Shown: piece by piece, positions 38,991 to 48,814 of the stretch
Numbering within the stretch: position 1 is the stretch's first letter
Layout: every line of letters starts with the position of its first letter
Source: Candidatus Portnoybacteria bacterium RBG_19FT_COMBO_36_7
GTDB lineage: Bacteria > Patescibacteriota > Minisyncoccia > Portnoybacterales > GWB1-42-6
Assembly (NCBI GenBank): GCA_001819495.1
Contig: MHMW01000021.1
Span: forward strand, 10,706-74,705
Length of the DNA: 64,000 bases
Direction of reading: 5' to 3'
Translations under genes and position numbers: made by a program
The notes under the pieces: generated by a model
The model's database searches: none
What the model saw: the letters and a program-made list of their open reading frames with translations, nothing else
What the model was told of the DNA's origin: nothing

Positions 38991-41474
38991 TTAGATACAC
39001 GTAATCGTCGCCACTTTGTCGCCTGGCTCAAGCTTCATAATTCTGACTCCCTGAGTGGCGCGGCCGAGAAGAGAAACGCTGGACAAAGCTATCCGGATGG
39101 TCTGGCCTTTATCGGACATAGCAATCAAATCCTGTTCGTCAGGCTCCAAAATCTTTGCTATGACCAGCTTTCCGGTTTTGCTTGTCACCTGTGCCGCTTT
39201 GATGCCTGAACCGCCCCGGTGCTGGACCTTGAATTGTTTGACATCCGTCTTTTTGCCATATCCGTTTTGCGCCACCACGAGCAGCTCCAGTCTTGCATTC
39301 TTAATTTTCCATTTGGCGTCGATTATTTCCATACTGACCAGCTCATCGTCCTTTTTTATTAATATACCCTTCACTCCGGCTGCTGAACGACCCATTGGCC
39401 GTACGTCTTTTTCTTTAAAATGGATGCTTTGACCCTTAGCCGTAACCAAAATTATTTCGTCTTGCCCGCTGGTTGCTCTTGCCCAACGTAATTCATCCCC
39501 CTTTTTTAAAGTAATGGCAATAAGGCCGGAGCGGCGAACATTCGCAAAATCTTCAATCTCTGTTTTTTTAATTATACCATTTTTGGTCGCCATGACCAGA
39601 AAGTTATCCTCAAGGGATTGATTGTTTGCCTGCGAAGTGTTTTTTTTCAGATTTTTGAAAGATTCTTTGGCCGGCACCAGCGCTGTCACCCGTTCGCCCG
39701 GAGCCAACTGCAAGAAATTGACGATTGCCTGGCCTCTGGCCACCCGGCTGCCTTCGCCTATCTCATAGGCCTTTGTCTGGAAAACCCGGCCAGTATTGGT
39801 AAAAAACAGCAGATTGTCATGCGTAGACACAACAGCCAGATATTTCACCGCGTCTTCTTCTCTGGTTGTCATGCCAATCATGCCTTTGCCGCCGCGTTTC
39901 TGGGCTTTATAATTTTTTGGGTTTATCCTTTTGATATAACCGCCCTGCGTCAGGGTTATAATACATTCTTCTTGGGGCACTAAATCTTCTTCTTTGAATT
40001 CTCCGATAGGCGAGACAAAAACTTTTGTTTTTCGTTCATCGCCGTATTTTTCTTTTATCGCCGAAAGTTCATTGCCAATGACTTCCAGCACCTTTCTTGC
40101 GTCTTTCAAAATTGCCTCAAGCTCTTTTATCAATTTTAATTTTTCTTTAAGCTCGTCTTCTATTTTTTGGCGTTCAAGGCCGGCCAGCGCCTGCAGGCGC
40201 ATTTCCAAAATAGCGGAGGCTTGGGCATCGGAAAATTTAAAACGGACGCACAGATTCTTGTGAGCTTCTTCTTTGGTCGCTGATTTTTTAATCGTTGAAA
40301 TTATCGCGTCAATATGGTCAAGCGCTTTTTTCAGGCCTTCCAAAACATGAGCTCGTTCGCGCGCGCGTTTCAGATCAAACTGGGTCCGCCGCGTCACAAC
40401 CTCTTTTCGGTGACTTATATAATGCCCCAGAATATCTTTCAACGGAAGCACCTGGGGCTGCAAGCCGTCGGTCAAAGCCAGCAGATTAAGGTGGAAAGTT
40501 TTTTGCAAGTCGGTTAGTTTATACAGACGATTCAGAATCTTCTGCGGATAGGCTTCTGATTTAAGCTCAATAACAACCCTCATTCCTTCTCTGGAAGATT
40601 CATCCCTGATATCTTTTATCCCTTCAAGTTTTTTCTCTTTTACCAGTTCTGCTATTTTTTCAAGCAAATTGGCTTTGTTGACCTGATAAGGAATCTCGGT
40701 AATCAAAATATAAAAATTACCCTTCTTTGTTTCTTCAACCTTGGCGATACCGCGATTGATGATGCCGCCCTTGCCTGTTGAATATGCCTGAGTGATGGCT
40801 GAGCGGTCGTAGATTGCGCCGCCAGTTGGAAAGTCCGGGCCTTTGATAAATTTCAATAAGTCTTCTGTTGTGGCCTTGGGATGGTCTATTAAATGAACTA
40901 AACCGTCAACCAATTCGGTTAGATTGTGGGGCGGAATGCTGGTAGCCATGCCAACGGCAATGCCCAGAGAGCCGTTCAGCAGAAGCTGAGGTAATCTGGC
41001 CGGAAGAACCGTCGGCTCCTGGCGCGTACCGTCGTAATTGTCTATCCAATTGACAGTGTCTTTATCAATATCAATCAGCATCTCTTCGGCCAACGGAGTC
41101 AGGCGGCATTCGGTATAGCGCATGGCCGCCGGCGCATCACCGTCAATTGAACCAAAATTTCCCTGACCCTGTATCAGGGGGTATCGCATTGAAAAATCCT
41201 GGGCCAGACGGACTAAAGTGTCATAAACCGCCATGTCGCCGTGCGGATGATATTTACCCAATGTTTCTCCGACCACTGTGGCGGATTTTCTCAATTTTGC
41301 ATTTGACCTCAAGCCCATGTCCCACATCGCATACAAAATCCGGCGGTGAACGGGCTTTAATCCGTCTCTTACATCGGGCAGGGCGCGGCCCACGATAACC
41401 GACATCGCATAATCCAGATAGGAATCTTTCAGTTCATCGGTTATTTCTATCGGCTTAATATTTCCTAATTCCAT
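38991..41474 (-). CDS. gyrA: DNA gyrase subunit A
   Basis: YLDYAMSVI, DGLKPVHRR, HPHGD, AAMRYTE, GyrA-box QKRGGKG. Confidence 0.98.
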   Translation of the reverse strand: MELGNIKPIEITDELKDSYLDYAMSVIVGRALPDVRDGLKPVHRRILYAMWDMGLRSNAKLRKSATVVGETLGKYHPHGDMAVYDTLVRLAQDFSMRYPLIQGQGNFGSIDGDAPAAMRYTECRLTPLAEEMLIDIDKDTVNWIDNYDGTRQEPTVLPARLPQLLLNGSLGIAVGMATSIPPHNLTELVDGLVHLIDHPKATTEDLLKFIKGPDFPTGGAIYDRSAITQAYSTGKGGIINRGIAKVEETKKGNFYILITEIPYQVNKANLLEKIAELVKEKKLEGIKDIRDESSREGMRVVIELKSEAYPQKILNRLYKLTDLQKTFHLNLLALTDGLQPQVLPLKDILGHYISHRKEVVTRRTQFDLKRARERAHVLEGLKKALDHIDAIISTIKKSATKEEAHKNLCVRFKFSDAQASAILEMRLQALAGLERQKIEDELKEKLKLIKELEAILKDARKVLEVIGNELSAIKEKYGDERKTKVFVSPIGEFKEEDLVPQEECIITLTQGGYIKRINPKNYKAQKRGGKGMIGMTTREEDAVKYLAVVSTHDNLLFFTNTGRVFQTKAYEIGEGSRVARGQAIVNFLQLAPGERVTALVPAKESFKNLKKNTSQANNQSLEDNFLVMATKNGIIKKTEIEDFANVRRSGLIAITLKKGDELRWARATSGQDEIILVTAKGQSIHFKEKDVRPMGRSAAGVKGILIKKDDELVSMEIIDAKWKIKNARLELLVVAQNGYGKKTDVKQFKVQHRGGSGIKAAQVTSKTGKLVIAKILEPDEQDLIAMSDKGQTIRIALSSVSLLGRATQGVRIMKLEPGDKVATITCI

Positions 41475-41487
41475 AAAAATAATTTAT

Positions 41488-41853
41488 TTAAGGCAAAACT
41501 GATGGCGGCACTGTTTTTTCATCACTTGTCTGCGGCACAACTTCTATATTTGTTTCCGGCTCTTTATCTATTTCTTCATTGACCGACTCAAATAATCCTG
41601 AAATGCTGGCTTTCAAGCTCTGCCAGAGACTCGGAATTTCTTCTTTCGCTTCTGAAAAAGATTGGACCTGCTGCTCAAATTGGTACTCGCTCGCCAGGTC
41701 TTTAGCGCTTTGGCCAGAACTTTCAGAACCTATTGTCGCCACCCACAAAATTAAAAAAAAGGTCATAAAAATGGCCACTCCAACCCACATTATTATCACT
41801 CTGACCGGTCGCGGTTTATTTTGAATTTTTTCAAGATAATCGCCTAAGCTCAT
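41488..41853 (-). CDS. Hypothetical single-TM protein
   Basis: LEKIQNKP...TM segment, acidic tail. Confidence 0.65.
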   Translation of the reverse strand: MSLGDYLEKIQNKPRPVRVIIMWVGVAIFMTFFLILWVATIGSESSGQSAKDLASEYQFEQQVQSFSEAKEEIPSLWQSLKASISGLFESVNEEIDKEPETNIEVVPQTSDEKTVPPSVLP

Positions 41854-41924
41854 TGTATTTACTGACCAGATAAGGATTAACGGCAGATAAATTTTTATAA
41901 TCATCAATCTCCGGCCGCCAGTTT

Positions 41925-42566
41925 CTATATTTTCATCACCACTACATCAGGCCCTTCTTCCGGCAGATCTTTTTTCTTAATAGTCAATCTTTCAACTGCC
42001 TCTTTTTTGCTTACACCCATTTCCTCTAAAAAATCTTCCAACCCTTCAAGCTTGATGGCCAGGCCAGGAATTTTGTAATGCATGGGGATAACAATCTTAG
42101 GTTCGATCTGATTAATGATATCAGCCGCCTCTTCTCCGTTAACAGTATAAATGCCGCCTACCGGAATCATCAAAATATCAATACCGTCAATGATTTCTAT
42201 CTGAGTGTTATCCAGCTTAACTTGTCCGATGTCTCCTAAATGACATATTTTTATGCCTTCCATTTCAATCACATAAGAAGTGCTTTTACCTCGTTCTTTT
42301 CCTTCTTTTTGATCATGAAAAGTTTCAAGACCAATGATATTAACGCCTTTTACTTCATACTCTCCTGGTCCCTCAATAACAAGAGGATTTGAGGCGGCCA
42401 GCGCTTCCATATTATTATGGTCGTAATGCTGATGGGAAATAGTAACGATATTTGCCTGGCCGCGAGGCGGAGTAAGGCCAATCCCTTTATCAAAAGGGTC
42501 GGTCACCAAAACCGTTTCTCCGCTCTGTATTTTGAAACAAGATTGTCCGTACCAAGTAATGACCAT
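41925..42566 (-). CDS. MBL-fold metallo-hydrolase
   Basis: WYGQSCF, ISHQHYDHN, HLGD, IPMHY. Confidence 0.92.
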   Translation of the reverse strand: MVITWYGQSCFKIQSGETVLVTDPFDKGIGLTPPRGQANIVTISHQHYDHNNMEALAASNPLVIEGPGEYEVKGVNIIGLETFHDQKEGKERGKSTSYVIEMEGIKICHLGDIGQVKLDNTQIEIIDGIDILMIPVGGIYTVNGEEAADIINQIEPKIVIPMHYKIPGLAIKLEGLEDFLEEMGVSKKEAVERLTIKKKDLPEEGPDVVVMKI

Positions 42567-42761
42567 AGAAAACCAAAATATCAATTGCCCAATGGACAAT
42601 TGGCTGATTAATTATATTTTCACTATTTAATCCTATCATAAATAACAGCTCCTGCCAATACCAAAATCATACACAAGCTATTGCAAATTTTTAAAAAACA
42701 AGCTATATTATATCTGCTAGCAATCGGCAAAAAACGCTGAACGCTTTATTAATAATTAAAT

Positions 42762-43940
42762 ATGAAAAAAATAGAGAAAGAAACACCAATGAATAATCTT
42801 CTGTTAAAATCCCCTGTTTTGCCAAAGATTAATCAGATTGTTTCGGGCACGGTCATTGAAATCGGCAAAAATACAATATTTATTGACCTGGGCGCTTTTG
42901 GCACCGGCGTAATTTTGGGCCGCGAAATTAAAGAGAACCAACAGATAATAAAAAGCTTAAAAATGGACGAAGAAATCAGTGCTATGATTGTTGAGCTGGA
43001 AAACGACGACGGGTTCATTGAATTGTCTTTAAAAGCCGCCAACAAACAGAATACTTGGGAGCAATTAAACGAACTTATGCAAAAAATGGAGCCGATTTCC
43101 ACCAAAATAATAAAAGCCAACAAGGGCGGATTAATAGTTGAACTAAAAGGCGTTCAGGGCTTTCTTCCTGTTTCCCAGCTTTCCTACGAACATTATCCTC
43201 GGGTTGAGGACGCGGACAAAATGAAAATATTGAGCGAACTTAATAAATTCGTCGGAAAAGAACTCGCTGTCAGAATAATTGATTTATCGCAGGAACAACA
43301 AAAATTGATAGTATCGGAAAAAGCTCTGCAGGAAATCAAACTTAAAGAAGTGCTAAAAAATTTCCAGGTTGGCGACATGGTAAAAGGCGTAATTTCGGGA
43401 GTGGTTGATTTTGGCGCTTTTGTCAGAATTAATTTGCCCAAGGCCCAAGAGCAAAAAAGCACAGAAGCAGAAATTGAAACCGAGCACTCTTCCAAATCTG
43501 ACGTTATCGAAGGCTTGATTCATATTTCCGAAATTGACTGGCAGCTCATCGACGACCCGCGTGAATTCTTAAAGGTTGACCAGGAAATCCAGGCAAAAAT
43601 CATCGGCATTGAAGGCGACCGACTATCTCTTTCCTTGAAAGCTCTTAAAAAAGACCCTTGGATGGAAATTGATGAAAAATATAAAAAAGAACAGACAGTC
43701 AAAGGCCAAGTGACCAAGTTTAATCCGTTCGGCGCCTTTGTTCAGCTGGATAAAGACATCCATGGTTTGGTTCATGTCTCTGAATTCGGCAACGAAACCA
43801 CTATGAAACAAGCGCTTGAAATAGCCAAAGAATACGAATTCAAAATTCTCTCAATAGAACCCAAGGTCCATAAAATGGCATTGGGCCTCATTAAACCAGA
43901 AGCTCAAAAAAAAGAGACAAAAACAGAAGAACAAAAATAA
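42762..43940 (+). CDS. rpsA: 30S ribosomal protein S1 (four S1 domains)
   Basis: ANKGGL, GFLPVSQ, DFGAFV, GLIHISE, FGAFV..GLVHVSE. Confidence 0.9.
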   Translation: MKKIEKETPMNNLLLKSPVLPKINQIVSGTVIEIGKNTIFIDLGAFGTGVILGREIKENQQIIKSLKMDEEISAMIVELENDDGFIELSLKAANKQNTWEQLNELMQKMEPISTKIIKANKGGLIVELKGVQGFLPVSQLSYEHYPRVEDADKMKILSELNKFVGKELAVRIIDLSQEQQKLIVSEKALQEIKLKEVLKNFQVGDMVKGVISGVVDFGAFVRINLPKAQEQKSTEAEIETEHSSKSDVIEGLIHISEIDWQLIDDPREFLKVDQEIQAKIIGIEGDRLSLSLKALKKDPWMEIDEKYKKEQTVKGQVTKFNPFGAFVQLDKDIHGLVHVSEFGNETTMKQALEIAKEYEFKILSIEPKVHKMALGLIKPEAQKKETKTEEQK

Positions 43941-43962
43941 CATTGGAATACGAAACCTGTGT

Positions 43963-44071
43963 ATTCGTATATATTCGTGAGCTCGCCCGCCTCGCTGCTG
44001 GAACATCGAAAAATCTTGATGGAGACCAAAATCTATATTAATCAATAGCTCAAAACAGAATACCGCTAATT
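43963..44071. repeat. ~110-bp dispersed repeat, copy B
   Basis: Homologous to 38190-38298; abuts ftsH ATG. Confidence 0.75.
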
Positions 44072-45898
44072 ATGAAAAACCTAGCCAAAAATATATTCAT
44101 TATATTAATCATTTTTCTTGCCATATCACTGATTTTTTCGCTTTTCTCCGGACAAAGCCAGGAATTAAAAGGCGTTACTTTAACCGGATTGGTTCAGCAA
44201 ATTAATGAAGAACAGGTGTCCAAAATAGTGATAAAAGGTCAAGATGTCAATATCACGCTCAGAGACGGCACATTCGAAAAAACCACCAAGGAAGACGCAG
44301 CTCCTTTAAGCACGACATTAAAGGATCTGGGAGCCGACCCTTCAAAGATCCAAGCAGTGCCAATCGAGGTTTCGCAGGAATCAGTTCTGTCATACTGGCT
44401 GATAAACTTACTGCCGTTTTTGCTTCCTTTAATCTTTATCGGCCTTTTCCTCTGGTTCATGCTTCGCCAAGCCCAGCGCGGCGCCAACCAAGCCTTTGGC
44501 TTTACACGCTCTCTGGTCAGAATGCTTTCTCCCCAAGACAAAAAGAACCAGCGCACCACATTCAAAGATGTGGCTGGCCTGCAGGAAGCAAAAGACGAGC
44601 TAAAAGAAGTCGTTGAGTTCTTAAAACAGCCGGAAAAATTTAAAGCAGTCGGCGCCCGCATTCCCAAAGGCGTTCTCCTTGTCGGGCCGCCCGGCACGGG
44701 AAAAACTCTTCTGGCTCGGGCGGTTTCGGGCGAAGCCAATGTTCCATTTTTCCATATTTCTGGTTCGGAATTTGTAGAGCTTTTTGTCGGAGTCGGCGCT
44801 TCTCGCGTCCGCGACACTTTTGCCCAAGCTAAAAAAACAGCGCCTGCGATTTTATTCGTTGACGAACTTGACGCCATCGGCCGCCACCGGGGAGCCGGCC
44901 TGGGCGGCGGGCATGATGAAAGAGAACAAACATTAAATCAAATCCTGGTTGAGATGGACGGCTTTGAACCAGATACCAGAGTAATCGTTATTTCAGCCAC
45001 CAACCGTCCTGATATTCTGGACCCGGCACTTTTAAGACCTGGCAGATTTGACCGCAGAATAATTCTCGATCTGCCCGATATTAACGATCGCGAACAAATC
45101 TTAAAAATCCACGCCAAAGGCAAGCCGCTGGCAAAAAAAATTGATTTGCGCCAGATTGCCGAGCGGACGCCGGGCTTTTCGGGCGCCGACCTTTCAAATC
45201 TGATGAACGAAGCGGCTATCTTTGCGGCCAGAAGGAACAAAAAAGAAGTTTCCATGGAAGAGCTCATCCCTTCGGTTGAAAAAGTTCTGCTCGGCCCGGA
45301 AAGAAAAAGTCATATCTTGTCTGATAAAGAAAAAAAAATAGCGGCTTGGCACGAAGCCGGACACGCGCTGGTCAATGCTTCCCTCCCCCATACCGACCCG
45401 GTCAGAAAAGTTTCAATTATTGCCAGAGGTCGCGCTGCCGGATATACCTTAAAATTACCGACCCAGGACAGACATTTAACAAGTAAAACAGAATTCGTTG
45501 AAGAGCTGGCGGTTTTGATGGGCGGCTACGCAACTGAAAAGCTGGTTTTCGGCGAAATGACCACTGGTTCTTCCAATGATCTGGAACAAGCAACAGACCT
45601 GGCTAGAAAACTTGTCACCAGATTTGGCATGAGCGATAAGCTCGGCCCGCGCACTTTCGGCGAACAGGAAGAACTGATATTTTTAGGCAAGGAAATAGTA
45701 ACGGAAAAAGATTATTCGGAAAAAATCGCCGCCCAAATTGACGAGGAAGTAACCAAATTCATTACCGATGCCCAAAAAACCGCCCAAAATATCGTCACAG
45801 AAAAAAGAGCTTTGCTGGACAGAATCGCCGAACGCCTGATTGAAAAAGAAACAATTGAAAAAGAAGAATTTGAAAAAATAATGGCGGGTGAAGCATAA
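44072..45898 (+). CDS. ftsH: ATP-dependent zinc metalloprotease FtsH
   Basis: Two TMs, [29 protein letters not shown]. Confidence 0.98.
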   Translation: MKNLAKNIFIILIIFLAISLIFSLFSGQSQELKGVTLTGLVQQINEEQVSKIVIKGQDVNITLRDGTFEKTTKEDAAPLSTTLKDLGADPSKIQAVPIEVSQESVLSYWLINLLPFLLPLIFIGLFLWFMLRQAQRGANQAFGFTRSLVRMLSPQDKKNQRTTFKDVAGLQEAKDELKEVVEFLKQPEKFKAVGARIPKGVLLVGPPGTGKTLLARAVSGEANVPFFHISGSEFVELFVGVGASRVRDTFAQAKKTAPAILFVDELDAIGRHRGAGLGGGHDEREQTLNQILVEMDGFEPDTRVIVISATNRPDILDPALLRPGRFDRRIILDLPDINDREQILKIHAKGKPLAKKIDLRQIAERTPGFSGADLSNLMNEAAIFAARRNKKEVSMEELIPSVEKVLLGPERKSHILSDKEKKIAAWHEAGHALVNASLPHTDPVRKVSIIARGRAAGYTLKLPTQDRHLTSKTEFVEELAVLMGGYATEKLVFGEMTTGSSNDLEQATDLARKLVTRFGMSDKLGPRTFGEQEELIFLGKEIVTEKDYSEKIAAQIDEEVTKFITDAQKTAQNIVTEKRALLDRIAERLIEKETIEKEEFEKIMAGEA

Positions 45899-46007
45899 AG
45901 AAGGGTTTAAATTTTTTTCCTAACTTGAGCGCGCCTCTCTTGAAAAGGTGCGTTCTTATTTATATACTGATTATAAAAGAAGTAAATCAGCAACCCTGCT
46001 AAATTTT

Positions 46008-46042
46008 GGGCGCGTAGCTCAGCGGTTAGAGCACCGCCCTTA
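46008..46042 (+). pseudogene. Orphan tRNA 5' half broken in the anticodon (TA|)
   Basis: GGGCGCG-TA-GCTC-AGCGGTTA-GAGC-A-CCGCC-CT-TA, then palindrome arm cccgcctgccaaagcct. Confidence 0.8.
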
Positions 46043-46059
46043 CCCGCCTGCCAAAGCCT

Positions 46060-46131
46060 GCGCCCGTAGCTCAGTGGTAGAGCACGACTCTTATAAAGTC
46101 GGGGTCCTTGGTCCGATCCCAAGCGGGCGCA
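46060..46131 (+). tRNA. tRNA-Ile(TAT)
   Basis: GCGCCCG/CGGGCGC acceptor, CGACT-CT-TAT-AA-AGTCG, T-arm CTTGG-TCCGATC-CCAAG. Confidence 0.88.
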
Positions 46132-46201
46132 CTAAAATAGCCTAAAGCATATGGCTTATAGCACATAATCCGCTAAAAGCTATCTGCCAAAAGCTATTAT
46201 C

Positions 46202-46278
46202 GGGCGGTTAGCTCAGCTGGCTAGAGCGTCACATTGACATTGTGAAGGTCAGTGGTTCAAGTCCACTACCGCCCACCA
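46202..46278 (+). tRNA. tRNA-Val(GAC)
   Basis: TCACA-TT-GAC-AT-TGTGA, GGTTCAAGTCC, encoded CCA. Confidence 0.96.
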
Positions 46279-46279
46279 A

Positions 46280-47068
46280 ATGAAGTCAAAAAAATCGGCC
46301 ATTTTTATTTTATTGCTTTTTACCGCCCTCGTTTTGGCGGGTGTTTTTTATTGGTCCTTCATAAAGACTCAGGACAAGCTAAATAATCTGCCGAATGAAT
46401 CAGCCCAAAATTATTCCAATCTGCCAAATACAGAGAAAGAGATTTCAACCTCCACTCCCCCGTTTGTAATCAAAGACGAAATTTCGCGCGGCAATCCCGC
46501 TAAAAAACAGATTATTTTTACTTTTGACGCCGGCGCCGGATCAAATTCTTTGCAAAAAATTCTTGAAGTGACCAAAGCACATAATTTAAAATTAACTTTT
46601 TTTAGTACCGGGAAATTTGCCCAGAAGTATCCAGATTTAATAAAACAAATTGCCGCGGAAGATCACGAAATTTTCAATCACACGTATTCTCATCCGCATT
46701 TGACCCAAATAACGGACGAACAAATAAAAGAAGAACTTGATAAAACGGAACAAATTATCATCGGCCTGACCGGCCAAACCACCAAACCATATTTCCGTCC
46801 TCCATATGGCGACCGCAATTCTTATGTGCTTGAATTAGCCAAAGAGGAAGGCTACCAATCTGTCTATTGGACCATCGATGCATGGGATTGGATGACCGAT
46901 AAAACCGAAGAACAAGTCAAAAACAGAATTTACTCAAATTTAAAAAATGGCTCAATAATCCTGATGCATATTGGTGATAATATCACGGGGAATATCCTAG
47001 AAGAAGTTTTTACAAAAATAAAAAATGACGGATACAAAATAGTCAGCTTAACCGAAGGATTAAAATGA
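46280..47068 (+). CDS. Polysaccharide deacetylase (NodB/CE4)
   Basis: FTFDAG, NHTYSHP, FRPPYG, IILMH. Confidence 0.93.
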   Translation: MKSKKSAIFILLLFTALVLAGVFYWSFIKTQDKLNNLPNESAQNYSNLPNTEKEISTSTPPFVIKDEISRGNPAKKQIIFTFDAGAGSNSLQKILEVTKAHNLKLTFFSTGKFAQKYPDLIKQIAAEDHEIFNHTYSHPHLTQITDEQIKEELDKTEQIIIGLTGQTTKPYFRPPYGDRNSYVLELAKEEGYQSVYWTIDAWDWMTDKTEEQVKNRIYSNLKNGSIILMHIGDNITGNILEEVFTKIKNDGYKIVSLTEGLK

Positions 47069-47976
47069 AATTCATAGCCAAAAAAGAAAACGTTGGCCGG
47101 CGGCTCGATAAACTTATTGCCGGGTATTGGCCGCAATATTCGCGCGCCTATATTCAAAAACAGGTCAAAGGCGGCGCGGTTCTGGTCAACGGCCAGATAA
47201 AAAAATCTAGTTATTTATTGAAAGAAAACGACGAAATTGAGGCAAATATTTTACCACTTCCTGAAATTTCTCTTGAGCCTGACCAAACAATTGAACTAAA
47301 AATTATTTATGAGGACGATGACGTGATAGTGATTGATAAGCCTGCCGGTTTAATTGTTCATCCAAGCGCCACCCAGAAAAGCGGCACGCTTGTGAACGGC
47401 TTGCTCGCCCACTATCCCCTGCTCAAAGGCGTCGGAGAGGACCCAGTCAGACCAGGCATTGTCCATCGCCTTGATAAAGACACTTCTGGCCTGATGATTG
47501 TCTCTAAAAACAACGAATCGTTTGGATTCTTAAAAGACCAGTTCAAGAACAAAAAGGTTGAAAAAAAATATCTGGTTTTGGTGGCTGGCCGGCCGAAAGA
47601 ATCATCCGGCAAAATTAAAACTTTCATCAGCCGCAGCAAATCAGATCCGACCAGACAAAAAATTTCACAGCACGGAGCAAAAGAAGCAATCACTTTTTAC
47701 AAAACCATACGCGAATTTCGTAATTTTACTTTAATTGAGGCCGTTCCAAAAACCGGGCGCATGCATCAGATAAGAGTGCAGCTAGCTTGGCTGGGCAATC
47801 CAGTGACCTGCGACAATAAATACGGGCTAAAAAAGCGCGCCTGCCCCGAAGGCCTGACCAGGCAATTTCTGCACGCGGCAAAGCTGACAGTAGTCTTGCC
47901 CGACGGTCAAAAGAAATCTTTCATCAGCCATCTGCCGCCTGATCTCGATATAATATTAGCTAGCCTTGCCAGGTAG
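47065..47976 (+). CDS. RluA/RluD-family pseudouridine synthase with S4 domain
   Basis: RLDK, KPAGLIVHP, HRLDKDTSG, TGRMHQIR, FLHA. Confidence 0.95.
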   Translation: MKFIAKKENVGRRLDKLIAGYWPQYSRAYIQKQVKGGAVLVNGQIKKSSYLLKENDEIEANILPLPEISLEPDQTIELKIIYEDDDVIVIDKPAGLIVHPSATQKSGTLVNGLLAHYPLLKGVGEDPVRPGIVHRLDKDTSGLMIVSKNNESFGFLKDQFKNKKVEKKYLVLVAGRPKESSGKIKTFISRSKSDPTRQKISQHGAKEAITFYKTIREFRNFTLIEAVPKTGRMHQIRVQLAWLGNPVTCDNKYGLKKRACPEGLTRQFLHAAKLTVVLPDGQKKSFISHLPPDLDIILASLAR

Positions 47977-48042
47977 TGAAAATTCGACATTTTTTTTGAT
48001 TTTTGATCGCCTTCGGCGATCAGTCGAATTTCTACTACCTGG
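47969..48042. mobile_element. MITE-like element, copy 3, CTTG direct repeats
   Basis: cttg[ccaggtagtgaaaattcgac...gtcgaatttctactacctgg]cttg; supplies the pseudouridine synthase stop. Confidence 0.8.
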
Positions 48043-48130
48043 CTTGAAATAAAATGATATTTGTGCTAAAATTTCAAAGTTAATATAATTAAGACAGTAT
48101 TTCACCGAAAGACTGTTTTTATATACTTTG

Positions 48131-48199
48131 CCAGGTAGTGAAATTCGACTGCTGCCTGGCAACCATTTAATTTTAAATTGTCGAATTTCTATTACCTAG
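48131..48199. mobile_element. MITE-like element, copy 4
   Basis: tttg[ccaggtagtgaaattcgac...gtcgaatttctattacctag]catg; abuts rplS ATG. Confidence 0.75.
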
Positions 48200-48200
48200 C

Positions 48201-48587
48201 ATGAAAATGACAGAAGAACAACTGAAAAAAGATCTGCCGGAAATTAAGCCCGGCTATACCGTTATTGTCCACCAAAAAATTAAGGAAGGCGACAAAGAAA
48301 GAATCCAGCATTTTCAGGGACTGGTTATTGCTCAAAAACATGGCTCTGGAATAAACGCTACTTTTACCGTGCGCAAAATTTCCGCCGGCGTGGCGGTTGA
48401 ACGAATTTTCCCGCTTCATTCTCCAAACATCCAAAAAATTGAAGTAGTCAAAAAATCAAAAGTGCGGCGGGCCAAACTCTATTATCTTCGCGGCCGTTTT
48501 GGCAAACAGGCAAAGATGAAAAAGACAGAGGCGGTGGTGCCCGAAACCGTTTTGCCGGAGCAAACGCCTGACCAAACTGCTGAATAA
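48201..48587 (+). CDS. rplS: 50S ribosomal protein L19
   Basis: [35 protein letters not shown]. Confidence 0.98.
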   Translation: MKMTEEQLKKDLPEIKPGYTVIVHQKIKEGDKERIQHFQGLVIAQKHGSGINATFTVRKISAGVAVERIFPLHSPNIQKIEVVKKSKVRRAKLYYLRGRFGKQAKMKKTEAVVPETVLPEQTPDQTAE

Positions 48588-48591
48588 AAAC

Positions 48592-48673
48592 GCGCGGGTG
48601 GCGGAATTGGTATACGCGTATGCTTGAGGTGCATATGCCGCAAGGCTTGGAGGTTCGAGTCCTCTCCCGCGCA
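48592..48673 (+). tRNA. tRNA-Leu(GAG)
   Basis: TATGC-TT-GAG-GT-GCATA, long variable arm, GGTTCGAGTCC. Confidence 0.95.
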
Positions 48674-48718
48674 CAATAGTGAGCTTGCGGCGACTCGTTT
48701 ATTCACCCCGTTAGATTA

Positions 48719-48790
48719 GGGCAATTAGCTCAATGGCAGAGCGTCTGCTTTACACGCAGAAGGCTGTAGGTTCAATCCCTACATTGCCCA
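48719..48790 (+). tRNA. tRNA-Val(TAC), bracketed by an inverted repeat
   Basis: GGGCAAT/ATTGCCC, TCTGC-TT-TAC-AC-GCAGA. Confidence 0.95.
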
Positions 48791-48814
48791 CGAGGTACCC
48801 TTATCTAACGGGGT

